A DNA stretch of 10,624 nt from Chlorokybus atmophyticus (GCA_009103225.1 RHPI01003642.1:1320093-1330716), one strand, 5' to 3'. Counted from the first letter of the stretch, positions 1 through 8,231 are shown. Notes: generated from the letters alone by a model not told the origin. A program made the numbers and translations.

Positions 1-146
1 CGCACATGCACACAAGCATGCGCGCATGCGCACGCGCAAGTATGCAGACCGTCCCTCTTTCAGGCCTCATGCAGACAATGCACACATCCCACGTCATGCC
101 AAGGAGCACAATACCGCGACCACTAACTTGTCCTACATGCTTGTAG

Positions 147-1731
147 GGAAGCCGCTGCGGCTGACAACAACCGCTGGGCAATGCTGGCGACTCCATGGAC
201 TAGCTGCTGGTGAGAATGACAGAGAGGGGATTCTGGCGAAGACCTTGCCACTCAACTTCCAGGTAGGCCTGCTTAGCTTGGAAGGGTTGAGAGTGAGGAT
301 GGCACTGACCACACAGGCATGCGCACTGTCCACGCAAGCATGCAACTGCACTTTGGCACGCACGCACATGCACACATACACATTTATTTTTGAGGTATAG
401 ACCGCCGCGGTCTATCAGCCCAAGCAACTGCCTCATAGGCTGCACTGTCCAGTATGGCACTGTCCAGTGCAGCCTGTGAGGTAGTTGCTATGTAGGCGGC
501 TCATAGACCGCACTGACTAGTGCAGCCCATGAGGCAGTTTGGCGTGAACAGGTTTGCCCCCCCCCCCCTCTTCCTTAATCAAGAGATGCGCACACGTGCA
601 CACACAAGCACGCACGCATGCGCATGTGGACTCATGCACATGCCTGCGCTCACGTGCACGCACACGTGCAGGTATGCAAACTGCAACCCAAGCTAGCAGC
701 CCGCTGCTGACAAGAGAAGAGTGTAGTGGACGTCGCTGCGTATGCAAGCACTACGTCCCCCGAACCGCTTGTGCTCTCCACCACTGCAAGGTACGCTGAT
801 TGCGTGTGTGTGTTATGAGGCATTGCTCATGCGTAATGGTACACACACTCACTGGGGCTTGTAGACCGCACTGTCCACACAGGCATGCGCCAGCATGCAA
901 GTGCTCGTTATCACGCACTCATGAACGTGCACACACAGGCCTATGAGCCAGCCTCATAGGCAAACCAAATTAGGCTGCATGCGACACAGAGTATGAGGCT
1001 GCACTATCCAGTATGAGACTGGCTCATAGGCCACACTGGTCAGTGCGGTCTATAAGCCAACACAGTCAGTAGAGTCTAGAAGTCACAGGCGATGTGAGGA
1101 AGCGCCAGCTGCATAGCAGGCTTGCATGCATGCATATGTCGGCAAGTGCATTCAGTTTGTTGCATGCACACGCAGTCATCAACAGCTGACAATTGCACAC
1201 GTGCGTGCACATATGTGCGCACGCGCAGGTGCGTGGACTGCCCCCGAAGCTGGCAAGCAGCAATCTGCTATTGAAGAAAGAAGGAATAGTTGATAGCGCA
1301 CGGCTTTGCTTTGTTCGTAAGCAATACCTCTCTCGCCCCAGCTGCGCCATTCACCACCTTAAGGTACGTTTGGTGCGTGTGTGCGCATGCGCATGAGTGT
1401 GCGTGCATGTATGCATTGAGAGACTCTGAGCATTGCTTGTGTGTGCACGCACGTGCACATGTTCAGGTAAACCTGCCGTCACGCACAAAGTTTGATGTGC
1501 CCTGCATGTCCAAGAACAGCAACTCGCACACACGCATGCGCATCATTTGTAGTGATTACGGTTGCCCACACACCAAAGCCACACTCATGCACACGCATGG
1601 ATGCACCACAAACGTGGCACTTATGTGCAGGCAGCGGCGCACATCAGCCAACATGTCGCATCACTCAATGGGAGGAGGGACTGCAGTGGGCAATGTACTG
1701 GAGCAGCAGGTTTGAACTTGTTTGCGCGTAG
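147..1731 (+). CDS. Putative multi-exon gene of unknown product, 5'-partial. Exons 147-262, 1229-1363, 1467-1560, 1631-1731.
   Basis: Seen: acceptor TGTAG at 145-146 with branch-like CACTAAC at 121-127. Donors GTAGGC (263), GTACGT (1364) and weak GTTGCC (1561). Acceptors at 1227-28 (GCTGAC upstream), 1465-66 and 1629-30. Phases join into one open frame: KPLRLTTTAGQCWRLHGLAAGENDREGILAKTLPLNFQ|VRGLPPKLASSNLLLKKEGIVDSARLCFVRKQYLSRPSCAIHHLK|VNLPSRTKFDVPCMSKNSNSHTRMRIICSDY|GSGAHQPTCRITQWEEGLQWAMYWSSRFELVCA*. TGTAA at 1806. No family recognised. Confidence 0.45.
397..1058. repeat. Foldback / MITE-like repeat family, motif GGCTNATAGACCGCACTG plus AACTGCCTCATAGGCTGCACT module
   Basis: Seen: palindrome 397-415. 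A 24-bp stem at 424-447/465-488. Inverted pair 407-420/498-511 (13/14). Inverted pair 498-522/1034-1058 (23/25). A further copy at 857-874 is inverted to 1041-1058 (17/18). An extra arm copy lies at 519-539. Confidence 0.75.
672..790 (+). pseudogene. Frameshifted duplicate (pseudo-exon) of exon 1229-1363
   Basis: Seen: same splice context (GCAG| ... AAG|GTACG). The 5' part VCKLQPKLA matches VRGLPPKLA at 6/9 residues. The 3' part CVCKHYVPRTACALHHCK matches FVRKQYLSRPSCAIHHLK at 9/18. It is 119 nt versus 135 nt, so the two homologous halves are in different frames, and phase-0 reading stops at TGA 708-710. Confidence 0.65.
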
Positions 1732-1805
1732 CCGCTACACTGAGTGTAGTTGTGTAGGTAGAATTTGCACTTCAAGGGTTTGCAGCTATCATATCATACT
1801 GTTGT

Positions 1806-1810
1806 TGTAA
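1806..1810 (+). promoter_or_regulatory. Candidate UGUAA polyadenylation signal
   Basis: TGTAA lies 75 nt after the putative stop at 1731. UGUAA is the established chlorophyte poly(A) signal, but a 5-mer occurs often by chance. Confidence 0.3.
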
Positions 1811-1967
1811 ACGTCATTACAGCTCAAGCTGTTGACAGTTGAACTACCACTATCATGCTTCTTACTGCATGCCGTTGGTTGTGGCTGTTGCATTCATATG
1901 CTTCTTGCACTGCATGGATGGCACTGCCATGCGGCATGGCTGTGAGCTCATTGCATGCTTCAGGCCC

Positions 1968-2527
1968 NNNNNNNNNNNNNNNNNNNNNNNNNNNNNNNNN
2001 NNNNNNNNNNNNNNNNNNNNNNNNNNNNNNNNNNNNNNNNNNNNNNNNNNNNNNNNNNNNNNNNNNNNNNNNNNNNNNNNNNNNNNNNNNNNNNNNNNNN
2101 NNNNNNNNNNNNNNNNNNNNNNNNNNNNNNNNNNNNNNNNNNNNNNNNNNNNNNNNNNNNNNNNNNNNNNNNNNNNNNNNNNNNNNNNNNNNNNNNNNNN
2201 NNNNNNNNNNNNNNNNNNNNNNNNNNNNNNNNNNNNNNNNNNNNNNNNNNNNNNNNNNNNNNNNNNNNNNNNNNNNNNNNNNNNNNNNNNNNNNNNNNNN
2301 NNNNNNNNNNNNNNNNNNNNNNNNNNNNNNNNNNNNNNNNNNNNNNNNNNNNNNNNNNNNNNNNNNNNNNNNNNNNNNNNNNNNNNNNNNNNNNNNNNNN
2401 NNNNNNNNNNNNNNNNNNNNNNNNNNNNNNNNNNNNNNNNNNNNNNNNNNNNNNNNNNNNNNNNNNNNNNNNNNNNNNNNNNNNNNNNNNNNNNNNNNNN
2501 NNNNNNNNNNNNNNNNNNNNNNNNNNN
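1968..2527. other. Assembly gap (560 N)
   Basis: Run of N seen directly. Confidence 1.
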
Positions 2528-2600
2528 GTTGTTTGCCAGCCTTGTGGGCTTGCGAGGCACTAGGCCGTCATGAACAGCTGGCCTGGCTGACATGCACGTG

Positions 2601-2900
2601 TTTGTGGCCTGGTGGTAGTTGGCGGCGGCAGCGACAGCCATGGCTATGGTTTGTGGCCTGGTGACGCCGTTGGCCTAAGCATGCTGGCCGCCACCAGGCC
2701 AGCATAACTAGGCCAGTGGCGTGGCCTGGTGCTCTTGGTATGGAGCACCAGGCCGCCCGCCAGGCCACCAGCAGCGGCGGCCGAACGGCGATCAGCTGCG
2801 GCTTAATCGCAGCTGCGGCTGACCGCGGTCAGCCGCCAGAGCACAGTTAATTTACAGCAATCTCAGCCGCAGCCGGTAAAGCTGGTCCGGTTGCAACCGG
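2601..2900. repeat. Cluster of palindromes and short inverted motifs, probably transposon subterminal DNA
   Basis: Seen: GGCCTGGTG forward at 2606, 2655 and 2723, and reverse at 2692 and 2746. 12-bp stem 2723-2734/2743-2754. 8-bp stem 2793-2800/2808-2815. Perfect 22-bp palindrome 2815-2836. Perfect 14-bp palindrome 2887-2900. Confidence 0.75.
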
Positions 2901-2936
2901 CCATATAATTCAAACGCATAACAAAATTTGTTAACC

Positions 2937-3255
2937 GGACCAGACCTGGTTCGCCGACTAGTATCTATAGATGCGCACCAGCCATGGCTGCTACTACTTT
3001 GTATCAAGACTCGGACCATTGATGGTCCTTACACATGACCATAACCTGTCCGACTTCCAACATTTTCTGACCGGGACCAGCCCTGGCCCGGTTTTCGGGG
3101 GGACCGTGGGACAATTACGTATTGTTTGGACCTGCCCAGGTCCCCGCGTGCAGACCAAGGCGGGGGACCCTGGTCCGGACCCCAAGCCGCCCGGGCAGTT
3201 TGGCCCTGGTCCGTACGTGAGGACCAGGGCTGGTCCGCGGAAAAAATTCCGTGTG
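2937..3255. mobile_element. Right end of a CAC-terminated DNA transposon with GGACC-N6-GGTCC subterminal repeats (CACTA/CMC-like organisation)
   Basis: Seen: GGACC-N6-GG(T/C)(C/T)C at 2937, 3013, 3074, 3128 and 3221, plus a degenerate copy at 3036. The end reads CACACGGAATTTTTTCCGCGGACC on the minus strand, from 3255. Similarity to the transposase ORF stops at this point. Superfamily is inferred; no partner TIR or TSD confirmed. Confidence 0.55.
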
Positions 3256-4437
3256 ATCCCCTAACACTACATTCAATGCATTATGAAAATTTTCATGTTT
3301 TTGATTGGAGAACGATTCCTTTCCCTGCGCCCAGGTGGGATGCCCGGCCACTGCGTAAACCACCGGCAGAAGCGCTATCATAACAACCCCCATGTTGCTA
3401 GCATACATGTCCCAATTGTAGTTGGCAAGCGATGCCATCAAAGGGTAGCCAAAGCGCTTGCCCGCGCTGTCCAGCGTGGTCTTGTCATTGTACAGAATGG
3501 CAGGCGCCAAGTAGGATGCTTCCCCCACCTTTCTCCTCAAATCCACCTCCACATCCTTCCACCAATCACCCGTGGAAGGATGGCCAAAGCTGTGCTCGTC
3601 ACCACTATACTAGAGATTTGAGCCATTGGCGGCATGTGCATTGCCATACAACCGCGCGAGCCATACCTGCTCCGACCAAGAGCATTAACAGGCATGCTGG
3701 CCTCAGATTACATACTGCATCGATACTGCATTAGGTACTGCATTTCACAGACCTTGGCCGGCATATATGTGACGCTGATTTCATGATCCTCAGGGTCTCC
3801 ATGCTTGCGCAGGTCAGCCGTCGCGTAGTTCTGATACGGCAGCACACTCGCATGTGCATATGTGACATGGCTCTGATGGTTGAAGCACATGCACCGCACA
3901 CCGTGAACACACCTCAAACAGAGAGAAAGCAATTGTGGTCCGGAGGTAGCTGGCCACATGCACACCGGTCACCCACTGGAGATCTTCCGTCAGGAAGTGT
4001 GCATTTGAAATGCACTTGATGATCCGCCCCATGTCGAAGGCCAACAGGCCTTGGCCGTTGTTGCACGGCACGAATGCCACTGCAAGAGCATGCTCCGAGC
4101 CATACCACCTGGATTCGGACGCGTGTGAAGGGACGCCTCCACTTCTATGTTGGCGTGCCAAATGTATCTCAGGCACACGCACACATCGAAAGCTCTCGTT
4201 CATTTCCTCCTCCTCCTGTTGCTGATGTGCGTGTGTCTCCTGAAGGAATCCTTCAGCATCAAGCATGTGCGCATCCTGGATCGAACTCCCCGGTTCAACA
4301 TGACCCGCATCGTACTGTAATGGACACTGGCCGACATAGAGCTTGATTTGCTTGCACATCCTGCTGCTAACAATGTGCATGTAGACCGAGCTGCGTGTGG
4401 CAAAGCGCATGTGGCAATACGGACAAAGGACTCCCAT
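3256..4437 (-). pseudogene. Plavaka-like DDE transposase, spliced, with a premature stop and 3' truncation. Exons 4437-3913, 3872-3753, 3666-3256.
   Basis: Seen: ATG at 4437. Zinc finger CPYC-x12-H-x6-C at 4425-4354. GT-AG introns 3912-3873 (40 nt, short) and 3752-3667 keep phase 0. Exon 3 reads VWLARLYGNAHAANGSNL*YSGDEHSFGHPSTGDWWKDVEVDLRRKVGEASYLAPAILYNDKTTLDSAGKRFGYPLMASLAN...IALLPV...NFHNALNVVLG. This matches the Plavaka pattern as I recall it: TGDWW, then PIIL-x-SDKT (first catalytic Asp at 3486-3484), YP-x4-GN, LP, FH-x2-M/L. In-frame TAG at 3612-3610. Confidence 0.8.
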
Positions 4438-4500
4438 ATCTCACTATGTCGACACAGGTGTCGCCAATGTAACCTGCATCATATCCAGCAACACGCACAC

Positions 4501-4552
4501 CCGCCACCGCCACCGCCACCGCCACCGCCACCGCCACCGCCACCGCCACCGC
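4501..4552. repeat. Perfect (CCGCCA)8.7 hexanucleotide microsatellite
   Basis: Eight full units plus CCGC, counted directly. Confidence 0.98.
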
Positions 4553-4555
4553 TGC

Positions 4556-5805
4556 ATGCCAGAGGCGGAAAACTTGGCCGCCATTCACTGGCTCCGTCGT
4601 ACCATTGGTAGGGTACGACCGAGCCATTGCACGTCCAAGGTGAGTCTCTGCATATACATCCTGATTGAACCGTTTTAATGGTGGACGAAGATGCCTTTGC
4701 TAAAAGGTACCATTGAAATGGTACCTTTGAACAGTGGCAATGGCAGTTCGCACCATTGACAAGTGCTGTGCCTGCGCATGAAAACACCATTGATAGCTCC
4801 GCCAAGCTATGCCCTTACAGGGGCGTGAGGCCGAGGGTATGTGGCGTTTGGTGGATCGTTGGCGGCGCTGCCAGTAGCGTAGTGGGCATTGTGGTCAAGG
4901 TTCGAGATGAATTCCATGTTTGCACAGGGCGGGCAGGGTGCCGAAGGGGTGTCTTTGGTGTCAAACCCCACCATGCCGACCAAGGGCACAGCCAATGACA
5001 GCAGTGACTCGGGCGATATCTTACAGGGCTCCCCCTCCGAGTGGGCAAAGGCACACCACAATACTGCCTTAAAAAACAACCGACCCACCAGCAGCTGCGA
5101 CCACGGCGACATGATTGAAGGGACCAAACAAGACTGGCATAACCAAGGTGGGTTACGATGCACTGTCAATGCCACATGCTAGGGTTCTTGTATCTTGCAC
5201 ATGACATACACTGTCAATACCACATGTACACCCTCATGCACAACTTCCAGTGTCATGCACATGAACATCATGACCAATCTCGCAAAAGCATAGCCTGTTT
5301 GTACTTGCGGGAGCTCACAAGTCGCAAAAAAGAAGCTGCGGAGTACCACGAACGGGTAATCCATGACCTAGTTTAGTGTTTCTAGCAATAATGAGCAGTA
5401 TGCTTGCAGATTGCCATGTTGGATAGAGTGAACCGTGAACAGCGCGGCAGGCTGACTGTCTGCCTGGCGGAGTGCAACAAAGCGGAAGACGAGGTAAGCA
5501 TGTGTATGCTGATGGGCTAAGCCTCTGGCAGCACGCCACTCTTACAGCATCACCAAATGCAGGTGGTCACTCTCAAAGCGTCCATCAAGCGTATGCGCGT
5601 GCACGGCGAGGCGCTGACATCCAAGGTGAAGGACGAAGTAGCTGGTGTACTGTCAGCGAGCAAGGCAGCGGATAAAGATGACTCCGATGTTGAAGCAGAA
5701 GACTTGTCGGAGGAGGAGGGGGTTTGTGGAGGAGTTCTGAGGCAGGCACCACGGGTTGACAAGCTGCGCATGAGTGCGACAGCTAGACTCAATGTTTTAG
5801 GGTAG
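4556..5805 (+). CDS. Multi-exon gene for a hypothetical coiled-coil protein with an acidic stretch, divergent from the transposase. Exons 4556-4639 (tentative), 4928-5147, 5294-5355, 5410-5493, 5548 or 5563-5805.
   Basis: Seen: donors GTGAGT (4640), GTGGGT (5148), GTAATC (5356) and GTAAGC (5494) with matching AG acceptors. Phases 0, 1, 0, 0 give one open frame: ...KQDWHNQ|ACLYLRELTSRKKEAAEYHER|IAMLDRVNREQRGRLTVCLAECNKAEDE|VVTLKASIKRMRVHGEALTSKVKDEVAGVLSASKAADKDDSDVEAEDLSEEE... A further phase-2 exon at 5900-6068 is possible. Exon 1 and the start codon are uncertain. Confidence 0.65.
4589..4757. other. Two stem-loops with GTAC cores
   Basis: Seen: TGGCTC-c-GTCGTACC/GGTACGAC-c-GAGCCA at 4589-4626 (14 of 15 paired). 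Perfect 11-bp stem AAAGGTACCAT/ATGGTACCTTT at 4703-4728, inside an outer imperfect stem 4677-4689/4747-4757. Confidence 0.7.
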
Positions 5806-6962
5806 TTTCATGCGCAAGTTGGGTGGAGTAGGGCTACTCAGTTGCAAGTGGACATACTCTCACCACTGCCGGTACATTGTATATATTGTGGGCTTATAGG
5901 TGCAAGACCAATCCATCCACAATCAGTCCCAGGTTTATACAAGCTGCATGGCATGTTAGTGTTGGCTTACGGCAAGAATTGCCAACTTTTGTCAAGCGGC
6001 AAGGGTCACATGTTAACAGCAGTGTAACGGCAACGAAACTGCCGGGTATTGCTGTCAGCTGTCCGTAACTACCGGCTAATGGCCGTCTGTGCACATTGAC
6101 CAAAGGATAACCGGTTGACAACTCTCGGCCGGTTAGTGCCACTGACAACCACTTTCGGCCCGCGGCCGTCTGCATCAGTCCACTAAAGCCAACGGCAAAC
6201 CAAACACTTCACAAGTAACATTTCAGGCAGCGGCAGGCAGGCTCAGGCAGGCTCAGGCACCAGTCAGACCCTCACTCTTTAGTCAGTCACCGTGTAAAAT
6301 CTGCGACAATGGCAGCATTACCAATTGCTATGCAACACAAGAGGTACACCAAGTACTCTGATTGCAAAACCGCGATGGTGGATGTATAAGAACGGACGAG
6401 TTTATGACACCACATACTCGCACTTGTTCAACCTAGTGTGCTCGCGCTGGGATGCTGCACGGGTGAGGGCATAGACTACAACACTAAACATGTGAGTGAG
6501 GCAAGTGATAGGTGCGTAAATGTGGGGAGCAGAAACAGCTGCCCGCATGTATGTCACATGGCTTCAGCACTACTGTGGTGCTTGCTATGCATGCTGTATG
6601 TTGCATCATATATGCCTTGCATTAGTGCATGGCACATGTGCAATGAGAAGGATGCAACATGTCGATTCCAACCCAGTGCATGCCCTGCATTATGCCCTGC
6701 ATGAGTCATGCTAGGGAATTCGATGTCTAACTGACAATGACTATACGGATTTTGTGATAAGTTGTGCGCAGGTGGGCTTGGTAAAACCGGTTGACCATAC
6801 TTAAAGGCTGGCCCATCCTTAGACCGGTGACGGCCATCTTCTGAAACGGGGGCAAGCAGTTGTCGGCGGTGTCACAGTCAAGTATGCTGCCACCTGCCAA
6901 GACCTAGCCTTCACCTCTCCCTTTGCTGCATCCCTGTGCCCTCTGCAGGTAAATACATTTAC

Positions 6963-7719
6963 GGTCACAAGGTACGCGACATTTTTAAAGATACCATGTA
7001 GTACGCGTTTGAACGCATACAGAGCCGCTGCGTACGAAGTACGCACTTTGTACCCACTCTGTACGCAAACCGGGCAAAGTTGTTACAGTCAAACCTCGAT
7101 GAGTGCATGACGTTGGTACCCCTAGTAAAACCCATTGAGAACCCATTGAGAATATGCACTTAGCGTGGATATGCGACGAACGAGTGGCTGTTGCCTGTGG
7201 TTTGGCCTTCTGTGCTGTTGAACTTTATGCACTAATTGCATTTCAACAGTAATATTTGTTACTGTAGGCGCTTAGCGAATATGCACTTAAAGCGATTAGA
7301 CAATAACCAGGCGCAATTAGCTCGGTCACCAATCTCAGCACTGTTCCAAATACCTGGTATTTCACTTGGGGGCGCTGCGGCGCGATGCTGGGCTTAAAAA
7401 CGAGCTGCATACACAATTCTAATGCAATGTATATATTAATCTAGCTTGTGTTGAAGCTGCTGATTGCGAACAAGTGGCAGCGGTGGCGGAGGTAGGAGGT
7501 TGAGGTGGGGCGGGGTGGGGAGGGCATGTTGGAGGTTAAATTGAAAACACGAAGTACCTATTGGTTCAATTTATTACACTTTCCCTAATCATAATTGCAC
7601 TTTGCCATCCAACCATCATACGTGCTACCACGTACTATGAAATTGGGTACACGTATGTACGCGTATGTACGCGTACAGCAGTGCCCGCGCATCAAACGCG
7701 TACTGTGTATTATGTGACC
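6963..7719. mobile_element. Putative non-autonomous element bounded by imperfect, GTAC-rich inverted arms
   Basis: Seen, collinear inverted matches: GGTCACA 6963-69 / TGTGACC 7713-19; AGTACGCGTTTGA 7000-12 / TCAAACGCGTACT 7692-7704 (13/13); TGTACCCA 7049-56 / TGGGTACA 7644-51. No TSD identified. Confidence 0.5.
7507..7524 (+). other. Canonical G-quadruplex motif
   Basis: GGGG-C-GGGG-T-GGGG-A-GGG, with single-base loops. Confidence 0.7.
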
Positions 7720-8231
7720 CTGGTTATATTGCCTCGTCGTGTGCTGCAGCTGCTGCTGATGCTTGAGGGTGTAAAGTACCTACCGTCCCAGGGTGTCATG
7801 CATGCTATGTAGCGCTAGGACTCTGCCTTGGTCCCCGCCCAATTATCGGCTGTGTTGTGCTACTTGCTTGGGTTTGCGAGAGTGCTGGCATCTGGCACAC
7901 ACAATCTCTGAGCGTGCGTAGCGCAGCTCTCATGTAAACTATGTGTGGCACAGCTTATGGGTTAAATGTAGTGTAGGATTTGAAATAGACGGGGTTAAGA
8001 GTTGTACCCCTGGGTCTTGATATTTAAACTGCCTTTAATTCAATGCTACATTACCAACGTATCTTAAAGTAACATGTTTGTAACAAAGTACTCTCGTGCA
8101 GCCCCGTAGTACACGCCTTTTGTCTCATAAGCATAACTGTGTATGATTTATAACTTATTTTTATACTATGTGCGATGACACTATATAGCTCGCATAAAAA
8201 CATCTCTTGCGTACTGCGCGGTCGCAAAATT

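Larger units (their letters stand above)
1..1620. repeat. Dispersed GCAC/CA/GT low-complexity tracts filling introns
   Basis: Seen: imperfect gcacgcacatgcacac and gtgcgtgcat runs at about 1-45, 320-380, 585-670, 1185-1228, 1370-1460 and 1525-1610. Similar tract at 8685-8710. Confidence 0.75.

Noticed and set aside
477-488. TGAGGTAG let-7-like seed in a hairpin arm
   Set aside because: Only 8-9 nt match, it is part of a local repeat family (variant TGAGGCAG at 530), and let-7 is an animal miRNA.
26-1810. Many short Cys/His/Ala-rich ORFs on both strands
   Set aside because: They arise from GCAC/CA low-complexity intron tracts that lack stop codons.
1839-2664. Long ORFs of 200-270 aa in the track
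   Set aside because: They are open only because they cross the 560-N gap.
3610-3612. In-frame TAG as evidence of TAA/TAG-to-Gln recoding (known in some ulvophytes)
   Set aside because: The 175-codon first exon has about ten Gln, all CAA/CAG, and no TAR. The PAN gene ends cleanly at TAG. A nonsense mutation is simpler.
4348-4805. ORFs with poly-P, (HR)n, (VA)n or poly-G
   Set aside because: These are six-frame readings of the (CCGCCA)n microsatellite.
4807-5175. Minus-strand 122-aa ORF
   Set aside because: It is antisense to an exon of the better-supported spliced + strand gene and has no recognisable motif.
5161-5226. 18-bp direct repeat CACTGTCAAT(G/A)CCACATG
   Set aside because: A small local duplication inside an intron, with no further structure.
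3256-6068. TET/JBP dioxygenase cargo, as often linked to fungal KDZ/Plavaka elements
   Set aside because: No HxD...H...R 2OG-Fe(II) signature was seen in any frame or spliced model.
6771-7163. Possible decayed + strand exons (VGLVKPVDHT*RLAHP*TGDGHLL...; KYIYGHKVRDIFKDTM*YAFERI...)
   Set aside because: Multiple stops, no consistent splice phase, no recognised family, and overlap with the GTAC inverted-repeat arm. A TBLASTX hit would reopen it.
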